A stretch of 64,000 nt of DNA, from the NCBI GenBank assembly GCA_050916045.1, contig CP051526.1:2048001-2112000 (forward strand), in the 5' to 3' direction. Of the stretch, positions 21,237 to 31,276 are shown piece after piece. The stretch is from Tepidisphaera sp. (GTDB lineage Bacteria; Planctomycetota; Phycisphaerae; Phycisphaerales; UBA1924). Every line of letters starts with the position of its first letter. The first letter of the stretch is position 1. A model generated the notes under the pieces. That model had not been told where the DNA came from, did not search any database, and worked only from the letters and a program-made list of their open reading frames with translations. Made by a program: the position numbers and the translations under genes.

Positions 21237-22165
21237 GAAGCGGCCTCCCCAGAGAGGGCGGGAAAGAGGTCGTCGAGCGTGGGCGGGCGAACCTGATAGG
21301 GAAGATCAGGGAACGCGGCGACGAACGAAGCGAGCGTGCGGCCGTCGAGGGGGATGTGCCAGTCGCTGAGGATCTGCGAAGGGCGGGCGGGGCGGTGAGG
21401 CACGGGGGGATTGCGGAACCACGCGAGCGCGGCTTCGGCGTTGGGCGCGGCGGCGGGGAGGATGAGGACGTGTTCGCCGACGACATCGCCGAGGACGGCC
21501 GCGGGTGACCCGCTGGCGCGGACTCGGCCGGCTTGGATCACCTGCAAACGGTCGGAAAGCTTCGCGGCTTCGTCCATGTAGTGGGTCGTGAGGACGATGC
21601 CCAGGCCTTCGGCGCGGAGTGAGCTGATGAGCTCCCAGACGGCGACGCGGGCTTGGGGGTCCAGGCCGGTGGTGGGTTCGTCGAGGAAGACGACGTGCGG
21701 CTGGTGGATGATGGAGCGAGCGATCATCAAGCGGCGTTTGTAGCCGCCGGAAAGCGTGTCGGGCTTGTGATCGGCGTACTCGCGGAGGCCGAAGCGGTCC
21801 AGGACGCTTTCGATGCGAGCGCCAAGGTCGTGCTGCCGCGGTCGGAAGTAGCGGCCGGTCTGCACGAGGTTGCCGCGGACGGTGAAGTCGGCGTCGAAGG
21901 TGTCGTCCTGCGTGCAAACGCCGAGCCGGCGACGGGCGAGGTCGGGTTCACGTTCGAGGTCATGTCCGGCGATGCGGATGGTGCCGCGATCGGCTCGCAG
22001 GTAGCCGTAGCACATGCGGAGCGTGGTGGTCTTGCCGGCGCCGTTGGGGCCCAGAAGGCCGAGAACCTCACCGGCGGAGCAGGTGAGATCGATGCCGTGG
22101 ACCACGGGCTTGCCGCCGAGAGATTTCTCGAGGCCGATCGCTTGGAGAACTGGGGTGGAGCTCAT
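21233..22165 (-). CDS. ABC transporter ATP-binding protein (NodI-like)
   Basis: GPNGAGKTT, LSGG, LDEPTTGLDPQAR and TTHYMDEA. Confidence 0.92.
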   Translation of the reverse strand: MSSTPVLQAIGLEKSLGGKPVVHGIDLTCSAGEVLGLLGPNGAGKTTTLRMCYGYLRADRGTIRIAGHDLEREPDLARRRLGVCTQDDTFDADFTVRGNLVQTGRYFRPRQHDLGARIESVLDRFGLREYADHKPDTLSGGYKRRLMIARSIIHQPHVVFLDEPTTGLDPQARVAVWELISSLRAEGLGIVLTTHYMDEAAKLSDRLQVIQAGRVRASGSPAAVLGDVVGEHVLILPAAAPNAEAALAWFRNPPVPHRPARPSQILSDWHIPLDGRTLASFVAAFPDLPYQVRPPTLDDLFPALSGEAAS

Positions 22166-22232
22166 GGGTATCAATCGGAACTGTTCGTCACTGTCGTTGG
22201 GGAGAAAGGCGTACCGGTTTCGGAGCGTCAGG

Positions 22233-22706
22233 TCAGCCCCTGACGGCGGCCTCAATCTTGGCAATGTCGATCTTCTGCATCTCCATCATGGCGGCGAAGG
22301 CGCGTTTGGCGATGTTGCCGCCCCTGGCCATGGCTTCGGAAAGGGCGCGTGGGGTGATCTGCCAGGAGAGGCCCCACTTGTCCTTGCACCAGCCGCACAT
22401 GCTCTCCTGGCCGCCATTGTTCACGATGGCGTTCCAGTAGCGGTCGGTTTCTGCTTGATCCTCGGTGGCGATCTGGAAGGAGAAGGCTTCGGAGTGCTTG
22501 AAGGCGGTGCCGCCGTTGAGACCCAGGCACGGGATGCCGCAGACGGTGAAGTCGACGGTCAGGACTTGGCCGGCTTTCCCGCCGGGGTAGTCTGCGGGTG
22601 CGCGATGGACCGCGAGGACCTTGCTGCCCGGGAAGGTCTTGGCGTAGAAGTTGGCGGCTTCCTCGGCGTCGTGGTTGTACCAGAGGCAGATGGTGTTCTT
22701 GTGCAT
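22233..22706 (-). CDS. VOC/PhnB family (3-demethylubiquinone-9 3-methyltransferase-like) protein
   Basis: CLWY..DAEEAA.FY, LNGG, SFQI, CGWCKDKWGLSWQI and M.KIDIA. Confidence 0.9.
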   Translation of the reverse strand: MHKNTICLWYNHDAEEAANFYAKTFPGSKVLAVHRAPADYPGGKAGQVLTVDFTVCGIPCLGLNGGTAFKHSEAFSFQIATEDQAETDRYWNAIVNNGGQESMCGWCKDKWGLSWQITPRALSEAMARGGNIAKRAFAAMMEMQKIDIAKIEAAVRG

Positions 22707-23156
22707 GGGAGGTTCCTGAGGAGCGATGTTGCTCGGCGACATCGAGGTGCTGATTTTACCTCTGACTTGCCTGCCGACCCTCGTTCAAAGGAGCAGGGCC
22801 ACGTCCACTTCTGTCGGGGATAGGCTCGCTGAGACGAGCGGTTGTAGGCATGCAACGGATTGTCACAATCGCGCGGCAAAGCCGACCTCGCGAGGGTTGA
22901 GCATGTGCCACGATGTCGCTTGATACAGGCGAAACGGCGCGTGATCCTTCCGGCATTGGCAAGGGGTGGCTCCCACGCAGCAAAGGAAGGTTCGTCTGCG
23001 TAGAATGCACCGTCAAGCACACAGAGTTCGACGCCTTTGCGTCGCATCTCAAGAACCATCGCCCAACTCCGGTTCTCCTTCGTGGGGGGACCAATCTGCC
23101 TGGGACCACAAGGCGGACAGGGACTCGGCCTTCTGCGTAGCCGGAGGATCTGTCTC

Positions 23157-23495
23157 ATGTCAAATGTCCCTCCATCGGCCGACATTCCGGCGGGTGCGAC
23201 CCCGCTCCTCGTTTACATCCACGCGAGATTTCGCGAGGTGTTCGGCGCACCGAACAGCATGCTCGCGATGGACAGCCAATGGTCTCTGCGTTCGCACGCG
23301 GAGGCACCGGCGATCTTCGTGCTTGTGAACGGGTCGTACGAGAAGCCCGCGGTCTGGGTGTTCGATCCTTTCGCGACAGAGAATGTGTGGCGGACTTCGA
23401 TCACGACCAACGCGGAAGTAGATCGGGCGATCGAGGAGATCAGTCACCGAACGGCGCGGGCGACGAGGCTGTGGCCAGCGGCACCGAAGGAGTAA
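23157..23495 (+). CDS. Hypothetical protein
   Basis: SD ggagga before ATG 23157, 112 aa, 25 nt upstream of the kinase gene. No recognisable motif. Confidence 0.5.
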   Translation: MSNVPPSADIPAGATPLLVYIHARFREVFGAPNSMLAMDSQWSLRSHAEAPAIFVLVNGSYEKPAVWVFDPFATENVWRTSITTNAEVDRAIEEISHRTARATRLWPAAPKE

Positions 23496-23520
23496 GTCGT
23501 TTCATATCGGAGGAGTCCGC

Positions 23521-24753
23521 ATGGATCCCATGCTTGGCAGACTGTCCGCGGACGTCGATCGACATTCCCGGTACTTCGCGAAGCGGCGCTTTCCTGAGCT
23601 TGCGAGGGCGCTGCATGCGGCGGTCCCCGCGACGGTTCGTCGCTGGCGATCCCAAAGCCTCGCGGTGATGCCCTATCTGGACGCACTGTCGAGAGCCGGC
23701 TTTGAGAACTCGATCGCGACGACGCTCCACCTGTTAGCCAACGCGCTGGAGTGCGACGATCCCGCGCGGCTTTGGAAGCTGATGGAGGAGTCTCCGGAGC
23801 ACGGCCTGCTTCGGTTCGTGCAGCAACTGGGGCCGCAGACGCTTCTGGCAGAGGAGCGGATTCTGCGTTCGTCGGTGGTGACGGAGCTTCGGCTTGAACT
23901 GGGGCGCGTGCCGACGACCGACGAGGACGCAGCGCTGCACGACCTGCTGAGCATGATGGGTGAGTTCAGCCTGCTGGCGATGATCGGGAAGCGAGGGGAG
24001 GCCCGAGATCGAGAGATCCAGGTGCGGATTTCGGGGCTGCACCGTCTCGCGGATCTTGGGACGCTGGTGGCGGGCGTGGCGCACGATGCGTCAAACATGT
24101 TCCTTCCGCTTCGGATGCGGCTTGAGCATCTGATGGACGCAAACCTGCCGCCGGACCTTCGGGAGGATCTGGTCTCGATCGAGCTGATGGTGCGGCAGTT
24201 CCAGAACTCGATCGTGAATCTGCGTTGGCTTTCGGTGGATTCGACCCAGGGCCGGGCATCATCGCCGACGCCGCGTGCGGGCATCTCGCTCTCGCTGCAT
24301 GAATGGGCCGCGGACATCCACCTGTTTCATCAGAAGATGCTCCCGCCGAGCGTGACGCTTCTGATTGACGTGCCACCATCGCTTCCGCGTGCGGGGATCT
24401 CCTCGGCGGCACTGTCGCAAGCGACGTTCAATCTGATTCACAACGCGAGTCAGGCGATCTGTTCTCAGGGCGCGGGGGCCGCCGGGGTTATCGCGATACG
24501 GGCGGAAGCGGTTTCTGAAGGGTTCGTGAGAATCATCGTGGAGGACGACGGTCCGGGTATGTCGGAGGAGGTTCTGCGCCGGAGCGCGGAGCCGTTCTTC
24601 ACAACGCGAGCGAATGGGAGCGGCCTTGGGCTCGCTTTGGTGCGGGCGCTGGTCGAGGAATGCGGGGGGAGCGTCGGCCTGATCTCGCCTCCGCCTGGGA
24701 AGCCGAAGGGAACGGCGGCTGTGATGACGATTCCGGTCGCCGTCGCTTTGTGA
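23521..24753 (+). CDS. Cytoplasmic sensor histidine kinase (helical, RsbRD_N-like N-terminus)
   Basis: H box GVAHDASN, N box NLIHNA, G1 EDDGPGM, F box PFFTT and G2 GSGLGL. SD ggagga. No clear TM. Confidence 0.9.
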   Translation: MDPMLGRLSADVDRHSRYFAKRRFPELARALHAAVPATVRRWRSQSLAVMPYLDALSRAGFENSIATTLHLLANALECDDPARLWKLMEESPEHGLLRFVQQLGPQTLLAEERILRSSVVTELRLELGRVPTTDEDAALHDLLSMMGEFSLLAMIGKRGEARDREIQVRISGLHRLADLGTLVAGVAHDASNMFLPLRMRLEHLMDANLPPDLREDLVSIELMVRQFQNSIVNLRWLSVDSTQGRASSPTPRAGISLSLHEWAADIHLFHQKMLPPSVTLLIDVPPSLPRAGISSAALSQATFNLIHNASQAICSQGAGAAGVIAIRAEAVSEGFVRIIVEDDGPGMSEEVLRRSAEPFFTTRANGSGLGLALVRALVEECGGSVGLISPPPGKPKGTAAVMTIPVAVAL

Positions 24754-24795
24754 GCGGAGGGCGGTCGGGGAGCATTTCGGCGAGTATTCTGGGGC

Positions 24796-25800
24796 TCACC
24801 CGGGGTTGAGCAGCTGTGTGGCGGCGTAGATGTACAGCGGGATGCCGATGCCGATGTTGAACGGGAAGGTGACGGCGAGAGCGAGGGGGATGAAGATGCC
24901 TGGGTTGGCTTTCGGGATGACGAGGCGGACGGCGGCGGGGACGGCGATGTAGCTCGCGGAGCCCGCGAGGACCATCAGGAGAGCTCCATCGCCAACGCTC
25001 AGGCCCGCGACCCACGCGCCGAGCAGGGCGAGAGCGGCTCCAACGGGGGGAGCGATCAGACCGAAAGCGATGAGACGCATGCCTGCACGCTTGAGGTCCT
25101 TGATGCGGCGAGCGGCGAGGAGGCCGAGGTCAAGGAGAAAGAAGACGAGGACGCCGCTGAAGAGATCCGTGCAGAGCGGCTTGAACGCTTGGTAGCCGCG
25201 TTCGCCGGTGATCATGCCGATGATCATGGATCCAAGGAGCAGGAGCACAGGGCCGTTGAGAAGGGCTTCGTGGAGGAGCTTGCCCCAGGCGGTGCGGCCG
25301 GCCTCAGGGTCCCGGTCGCACCAGTTGAGGAGGATGACGGCGATGACGATGGCCGGGCTTTCCATGAGCGCCATACAGGCGACCATGTGACCGCCGTAGG
25401 GGATGTTCTGGCTGGTGAGGACAGTGCAGGCGGTGACGAAGGTGACGGCGGAGACCGAGCCGTAGCTCGCGGCGACGGCGGCCGCGTCGGCGGCGGCGAT
25501 CCAGCGGCGGAGGAGGAAGAAGACGGCGACGGGCATGACGCAGGCGAGGCCGACGGCGATCGCGAGAGCGGCGAGGGCGTCGGCGTGGAGGCCACCCTGC
25601 ACGAGCTTGACGCCGCCCTGGAACCCGATAGCCCAGAGCAGGTAGAGGGACAGGAGCTTGGTGACCGCTTTGGGGATCGAGAGGGTGCTTCGGACGATCG
25701 CGGCGATCATGCCGAGGAAGAAGAAAAGGACAGGCGGGCTCGCGCCGAGGATGCCGGCGACGGAGGAGAGTGCTGCGGAAGTTTCGGACGGACCCGCCAT
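24796..25800 (-). CDS. sbtA: Sodium-dependent bicarbonate transporter family permease (SbtA-like)
   Basis: SPPVLFFFLG, YGSVSAVTF, MALMESPAI, SASYIAVPAA and TFPFNI motifs. SD ggagg-like sequence before ATG 25800. Confidence 0.88.
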   Translation of the reverse strand: MAGPSETSAALSSVAGILGASPPVLFFFLGMIAAIVRSTLSIPKAVTKLLSLYLLWAIGFQGGVKLVQGGLHADALAALAIAVGLACVMPVAVFFLLRRWIAAADAAAVAASYGSVSAVTFVTACTVLTSQNIPYGGHMVACMALMESPAIVIAVILLNWCDRDPEAGRTAWGKLLHEALLNGPVLLLLGSMIIGMITGERGYQAFKPLCTDLFSGVLVFFLLDLGLLAARRIKDLKRAGMRLIAFGLIAPPVGAALALLGAWVAGLSVGDGALLMVLAGSASYIAVPAAVRLVIPKANPGIFIPLALAVTFPFNIGIGIPLYIYAATQLLNPG

Positions 25801-26018
25801 CGGAGGCCTCTCTGGATGGTGCGCGGGCCGATGCCGGGCATCTCGGCGCCGTGAAACGCGCGGTGCAGGGCGGGGGCGTTGGCGCTGGACTTTGGCGCGG
25901 AGCGGGGCAAGATTGAATGCGATCGGACCCACGAAGCCCGATTGCCGAATCCTGACACACGAATCGCTCTTCGCATATCTTTCCCGCTTCGCCCCGCGAG
26001 TCAAGTGGAGTCCGCATC

Positions 26019-26402
26019 ATGCCCCCAAGAGCTGCCAAGCCCGCTCGCGTCCCCAAAGCCGTCGCCGGCGAGCGTTGGGCGCCGGTTCCGAGTCCTCGCA
26101 AGCGGGCGGGATCGGAGGGGTGGACCTTCCTGACGAATCACTCGCATGTGCTGGTGTGTCTGATTCAGGACCCCGGGGCGCGGCTTCGGGATGTTGCAGA
26201 CCGGATCGGGATCACGGAGCGAGCGGTGCAAAAGATCGTGCTCGATCTTGAGACGGCGAAGGTGCTTCGCCGTGTGCGCGAGGGGCGACGGAACCGGTAC
26301 AAGATCCAGCTTGAGCTGCCGCTCCGGCACTCGGTAGAGGCGCACTGCACGATCCGAGACCTGTTCGCGCCGATCGCGGGGCTGGACGGTCCAACGAAGT
26401 AG
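26019..26402 (+). CDS. Small winged-helix transcriptional regulator
   Basis: WTFLTNHSHVL..RLRDVA..IGITERAVQKI..REGRRNRY. Divergent from sbtA. Confidence 0.85.
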   Translation: MPPRAAKPARVPKAVAGERWAPVPSPRKRAGSEGWTFLTNHSHVLVCLIQDPGARLRDVADRIGITERAVQKIVLDLETAKVLRRVREGRRNRYKIQLELPLRHSVEAHCTIRDLFAPIAGLDGPTK

Positions 26403-26441
26403 GGCTGGAGCGTCTGCGCTGCGCCGGACGCTCCGGGGCTT

Positions 26442-28079
26442 CTAGACCGTCCAGGTTTTCTTCGGTCCGGTGACGCCGAGCTTCTTCCGGAGGAGGTCGG
26501 CGTCGATCGTGAGCTGGGTGAGCGATTCAGGCGAGAAGCGGTCGAGGTTTTGAAGGATCATGGTCATGCGCTGGTTGCCGGCGAGCTTGTCGCGGTTGCG
26601 AGCGAGGAAGTCCCAGTAGAAGACGGTGAAGGGGCAGGCCGCGGGCCCGGAGCGCTCGGCGGGGTCGTAGCGGCAGGTGGAGCAATAGTTGCTCATGCGT
26701 TCGATGTATTTGCCGCTTGCGGCGTAGGGCTTGGTGCCGACGAGGCCCGTGACGCCGCGCGGGGCGCGGGGGCGGCGATCCGCGTGCATGACCATGCCGA
26801 GAGCGTTGGGGAGCGTGACCCAGTCGATGCCGTCGATGAACATGCCGAGGTACCAGTCACTGACGGCTCGCGGGTGAACGCCGGCGAGGAGGGCGAAGTT
26901 GCCGGTGACCATGAGACGCTGGATGTGGTGGCCGAAGCCGGTGGAAAGAACTTGGCCGATGCACGCTTTCATGCAGGCCATGTCGGTTTCGCCGGTCCAG
27001 TACATGGGTGGGAGTGTGCCGAGCTGGTCGAGGCTATTACGGTCGGCATACCCGGGGCCCTCGAGCCAGTAGACGCCGCGGATGAACTCTCGCCAGCCGA
27101 TGAGCTGACGGACGAAAGCTTCGACGGACTGGAGCGTGGCTTTCCCGGCTTCAAGGGCCTGCACGGCGCGTTCGCAGCACTCGCGGGGGTTGAGGAGCTT
27201 GATATTCAATGAGCTTGAGAGGGTGGAGTGGTAGAGGGTGGGCTCACCGGTCCACATGGCGTCTTCGTACGGGCCGAACTGGTCGAGACGGTGGGTAATA
27301 AAGTCGTCGAGAGCGGCGAGGGCCTGGGTGCGGGTGACGGGCCACGCGAAGGGCTCCGCGATGCCGGGCAGGTCTGGGAGGACGCGGCGCACGAGTTTGG
27401 TGACCGCTTGCGTGATGGCGTCGGGCGGGAAGGAAGCCGGCGGGCGAGGGCGAGGGCTTGGTCCTTGCTTGCCAAAGGGGAGGCGGTTGAGTTTGTCGAA
27501 GTTCCACTCGCCGCCTTCGGGTTTGCCGGCTTTGCCGGTGCCGGTCATGAGGTAGCCGGTCTTTCGCCGTTGCTCGCGGTAGAAGAACTCCATGGTGAGG
27601 GAAGTGCGTCCCTTGGCCCAGGCGGCGAACTCCTCGGGCGTGGTGATGAAGTGATCGTCGGGAAGGATGGTGAGGGGGACGCCGATGGCGTCGCGGACGC
27701 GTTCGAGCATGTCGAGCACACGCCATTCGCCCGGGAGGATGGCGCCGATCTCCGAGGGGCGGAGGGCTTTGGCAGCGCGGAGGATCTCGGATTCGAGGGT
27801 GCCGGTGTTCTCGGGCTCGTCGAGGTTGATGTAGCGGACGGAGAGACCTTTGCGGCGGAGGGCGTCCGCGAAGTGTCGCATCGCCGAAAGGAAGAGAATG
27901 GTGCGTTGGTAGTGGCTCGGAACGTGGGTGGATTCGGCGGCGGCTTCCACCATGAGGATGGTGTCGGCGGGGGTTGCGGAGCGGACGAGCGCCGAATCCG
28001 CGTCGAGTTGGTCGCCGAAGAGGACGAGCAGACGAGTGTGCTTTGGCTTGGTGGAAGCGGAGGGCGCGGAGCGGGGCAT
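26442..28079 (-). CDS. phrB: FeS-BCP/PhrB-type (6-4) photolyase / cryptochrome family protein
   Basis: [64 protein letters not shown] and ACPF (4Fe-4S cysteines). Confidence 0.92.
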   Translation of the reverse strand: MPRSAPSASTKPKHTRLLVLFGDQLDADSALVRSATPADTILMVEAAAESTHVPSHYQRTILFLSAMRHFADALRRKGLSVRYINLDEPENTGTLESEILRAAKALRPSEIGAILPGEWRVLDMLERVRDAIGVPLTILPDDHFITTPEEFAAWAKGRTSLTMEFFYREQRRKTGYLMTGTGKAGKPEGGEWNFDKLNRLPFGKQGPSPRPRPPASFPPDAITQAVTKLVRRVLPDLPGIAEPFAWPVTRTQALAALDDFITHRLDQFGPYEDAMWTGEPTLYHSTLSSSLNIKLLNPRECCERAVQALEAGKATLQSVEAFVRQLIGWREFIRGVYWLEGPGYADRNSLDQLGTLPPMYWTGETDMACMKACIGQVLSTGFGHHIQRLMVTGNFALLAGVHPRAVSDWYLGMFIDGIDWVTLPNALGMVMHADRRPRAPRGVTGLVGTKPYAASGKYIERMSNYCSTCRYDPAERSGPAACPFTVFYWDFLARNRDKLAGNQRMTMILQNLDRFSPESLTQLTIDADLLRKKLGVTGPKKTWTV

Positions 28080-28138
28080 GCGGCTGGATGGTACGTGAAG
28101 CGATGGGCCGAAGGGCTCGCGAGGGCAAGGAAAGCGTC

Positions 28139-28321
28139 GTGCCGAATCATCACCTGCCAACGAAGGTCTGCGTCCGGTGCAAACGCGAGTTCGCCTGGCG
28201 GAAGAAATGGGAGCGTGACTGGGAGCAGGTGAAGTACTGTTCCAAGAAGTGCGCCGCGACGAAGGCGGAGGCTTCAGAGCCGCAGACCGAGCCGGCTCGC
28301 GACCGGTCAAGATCCAGATAA
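28139..28321 (+). CDS. DUF2256-family small Cys protein
   Basis: [31 protein letters not shown]. Family usually found beside photolyases. Start GTG 28139 or ATG 28103. Confidence 0.85.
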   Translation: MPNHHLPTKVCVRCKREFAWRKKWERDWEQVKYCSKKCAATKAEASEPQTEPARDRSRSR

Positions 28322-28376
28322 TCTCGGAAGGTCCGAGCGTGCAGCCTGAAGCGGCTTTCGGTACGATGTGACGCCC

Positions 28377-29762
28377 ATGGCGTCTCCCTGGACGACAGAT
28401 CGTGTGCTTTCGCTGGCTCCGGACTCAGCGTCGTCGTCCGCCGGGCAGGCTTTAGGGTCGCCGTCGAAATGGAAGTCGCTGGGTCGGAGCGATCGGGCGA
28501 TCTGGGGGCTGTGCCAGGGAAGCGGGAAGGACCCGTACCAGGCGCGGATCGATCTTTCCGAGCCTGCTTTTAAGTGTTCGTGCCCGAGCAGGAAGTTTCC
28601 GTGCAAGCACGGGCTGGGCCTGCTGCTTTGCTTTGCGAAGAGCGAAAGCTCGTTTAAACAGGAATCCGAGCCCGGGTGGGTATCGGACTGGCTCGCGACG
28701 CGGGGCGAACGAGCCGAGAAGAAAGCGGAGAAGGCAGCCACGGCCGCGGAGAAGCCGGTCGACGTGGAGAGCCAAGCGGCGCGGCAGGCCAAACGCGAAG
28801 CACGCGTCAAGGATGGCGTGGAAGAGTGCCGGGTCTGGCTTGAGGATCTGGCCAGGCGCGGGCTTGCGGCGGCGCAGGCCGAACCGCAGTCATTTTGGGA
28901 GAAGCCAGCGGCACGAATGGTGGATGCGCAGGCGGCCGGGCTTGCGAACGCGATCCGGCGGATCGGCGAAGCAGTGTCGTCGGGCGAGGGGTGGCACGAA
29001 CGGACGCTCGACCTGATGGGAAAGCTCTATCTGCTGCTTGCGGCGGCGGACAAACTGGACTCGCTTCCGCCGGACCTTGCCGGTGACACGCGGGTCGCGC
29101 TCGGGTGGACGCAGAGCAAGGAAGAGGCGCTGGCTCAACCGGCGACGGCGGATCGGTGGGTGGTCCTGGGGCAGGTCCTTGAGGAAGAGGACCGGCTGCG
29201 GCTGCGTCGGTCGTGGCTGATGGGACGCAGTTCGCGGCGAGCGGCGCTGGTGCTCGACTTCGCAGCAGGAAGCCAGCCGTTTGACGGATCGCTGGTGCCG
29301 GGGACGGAGTTTGACGGAGAGGTGGTGTTCTATCCGTCGCGGTTGCCGCTTCGTGCGTTGGTCAAAGCACGCGGAGCGACGACGTCGAGTGTCGCGCCGT
29401 GCGGGCCTGGGTTCGGGCATGCGACGTGTGAGCAGGCGCTGGGGGCGTATGCGGCCGCGCTGGGAAACGTGCCGTGGCTGGCCCGCTGGCCGATGTTCCT
29501 CGAAGGCGTGAAGCCGGGCATACGCGGGGATCGTGCGTTGCTGGTGGATGCGTCGGGTCGCGGGTTGCCGATCTCGAAGCGTTACACGGAGCTTTGGCGG
29601 CTGATCTCGGTGAGCGGCGGGCGGGCGATGAACGTCATGGGCGAGTGGGATGGCGAAGCGCTGCTTCCGCTCGCGGCGCTGCCGGGCGCGGTTGTTTCGG
29701 GCGTGACGGGGAGCGGCGTGGAAAGCCGGTTTGAGGATCTTGCGCCGAGGTGGGCGGCATGA
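28377..29762 (+). CDS. SWIM zinc-finger protein (YehQ-like)
   Basis: CQGSGKDPY, CSCPSRKFPCKH (SWIM CxC...CxH) and AARMVDAQA.GLA. Confidence 0.88.
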   Translation: MASPWTTDRVLSLAPDSASSSAGQALGSPSKWKSLGRSDRAIWGLCQGSGKDPYQARIDLSEPAFKCSCPSRKFPCKHGLGLLLCFAKSESSFKQESEPGWVSDWLATRGERAEKKAEKAATAAEKPVDVESQAARQAKREARVKDGVEECRVWLEDLARRGLAAAQAEPQSFWEKPAARMVDAQAAGLANAIRRIGEAVSSGEGWHERTLDLMGKLYLLLAAADKLDSLPPDLAGDTRVALGWTQSKEEALAQPATADRWVVLGQVLEEEDRLRLRRSWLMGRSSRRAALVLDFAAGSQPFDGSLVPGTEFDGEVVFYPSRLPLRALVKARGATTSSVAPCGPGFGHATCEQALGAYAAALGNVPWLARWPMFLEGVKPGIRGDRALLVDASGRGLPISKRYTELWRLISVSGGRAMNVMGEWDGEALLPLAALPGAVVSGVTGSGVESRFEDLAPRWAA

Positions 29763-31276
29763 GCACCCCCACCTTCGAGAACAACTCGCCGCCGGCGCGG
29801 ATGGCGGACCTCGCGGCTTCGGCGTTGCTCGGGACCGAACGGAGAGCGGGAAAGTTGGGCGGAAACGCCGCCCAGCGCCTGCTGCTCGAAGCGGCTGTGC
29901 TCGCAACGCGGCGGAGAGCGGGGCAGGTACCGAGTTTGGCGAAGGACGCGATCCCTGAATGTCCACCAGACCCCCTGCGACCCGTGGGAACCGCGAGCGC
30001 GGCAACCTTGCGCCTGCTGCTTGGGAATCCGGATGAGCTCTTGATCGAGGAATGGGCGGAGCTTGCGGCGGCTCGCGGGCTTCGTGTTCCGGACGCGCTG
30101 GCGGCGGCGATGCTGGACTGGTGGTCGAGCAAGCCGAGGGATTCGCGAGCGATCCGCGCCGCTCTGGGTGTGAGGCTTGGCTGGCTTGGGAGTCTCAATC
30201 CCGCCTGGAGCGGAAAGTCCGTGCGGGCCTCACTGCCGCAGGATCTCGAGCAGGTATGGCAGACGGGAGCGTTGCCGGAGCGGCTGACGATGCTAAAGGC
30301 AGTGCGACGCATCGAGCCCGCGCGCGCGGAGGGGCTGCTCCGATCCACATGGGATCAGGACAACGCGGATGAACGCAAGCGGTTCGTCGAACGGTTCGCC
30401 GACGGGCTTTCGATGGCGGATGAGCCCTTTCTTGAGTGGGTGCTTGATGATCGGTCCAAGCAGGCGCGGGCGGCGGCGTCGGAGCTGCTCGCGAAGCTGC
30501 CGCAGTCGCGGCTTCTGAGCCGGATGGTCGAACGGGCCGCGGCGATGATCCGTATCGAGCCGGGGAAGAGAGGCCTGCTTCGCAGGTCGCCCGACAAGAT
30601 CCTGATCGAACCTCCGCAGGAATGGGACGCGGCTTGGGAACGCGACGGTCTCGAAGAGAAACCACCGGGTGGAATCGGCAAACGGGCATGGTGGCTTCAG
30701 CAGATCTTCTCGGTCGCGCCTCCGCAGAAGGTCTCGGATCGGTCCGGGGTCGCACGCGACAAGCTTCTGGAAGCGGTGGGCGAAAGCGACTACGCGGAGC
30801 AGGCGTTGCATGGGTTGTGCGCCGGTGCCGCGGGCAGCCGCGATGCGGCTTGGTGCAGCGAACTTGCCGCTCGGTTGCTGCTCAAGAAGGCGATCCCTCT
30901 CGACCTCCTGAAGCAATTGTGGCAAAGCCTGCCCGACACGGAGTCGGAATCGCTGCTTCTGCGAGTTCTGAAAGCGGACGAACTGCCCTGGGACGATCGC
31001 TGCCATCTGTTTGGATCGGTGACAGGCCGCCGCTCACGCACGTTTTCCGAGCTGTTGTGCAGAGCCCTGAACGACGCAAGGCCGGAGAAGCTGGTCAACA
31101 CCTGGTCGGCTCAGGATGCGTGCGACCGTGCGGGTTACTGGCTTCATCCTGACGCTTTGCCGGAGTACGAATTGCTTCTCAAGAACATTTTCCGCAAGGA
31201 ACTGCACCCCTCGGCGAGCAGATCCGTTGACCGAGTCCGCTTTCGCGCGGACATGCACAAGGAGTTCGCGTCGTGA
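29759..31276 (+). CDS. DUF5691-like alpha-helical protein
   Basis: ALLGTERR, WL..LNP.W, DEPFLE..LDDRSK..R..A..LL motifs. ATGA coupling to the SWIM gene. Confidence 0.75.
   Translation: MSTPTFENNSPPARMADLAASALLGTERRAGKLGGNAAQRLLLEAAVLATRRRAGQVPSLAKDAIPECPPDPLRPVGTASAATLRLLLGNPDELLIEEWAELAAARGLRVPDALAAAMLDWWSSKPRDSRAIRAALGVRLGWLGSLNPAWSGKSVRASLPQDLEQVWQTGALPERLTMLKAVRRIEPARAEGLLRSTWDQDNADERKRFVERFADGLSMADEPFLEWVLDDRSKQARAAASELLAKLPQSRLLSRMVERAAAMIRIEPGKRGLLRRSPDKILIEPPQEWDAAWERDGLEEKPPGGIGKRAWWLQQIFSVAPPQKVSDRSGVARDKLLEAVGESDYAEQALHGLCAGAAGSRDAAWCSELAARLLLKKAIPLDLLKQLWQSLPDTESESLLLRVLKADELPWDDRCHLFGSVTGRRSRTFSELLCRALNDARPEKLVNTWSAQDACDRAGYWLHPDALPEYELLLKNIFRKELHPSASRSVDRVRFRADMHKEFAS

Noticed and set aside
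20427..22165. Nod-factor export (nodIJ)
   Set aside because: The family resemblance is real but no nodABC-type genes are present, so the substrate cannot be assigned.
22750..23150. Riboswitch (e.g. c-di-GMP) or small gene in the long intergenic region
   Set aside because: No recognisable aptamer consensus, and the overlapping ORFs lack coding-like features. An Rfam scan would be needed.
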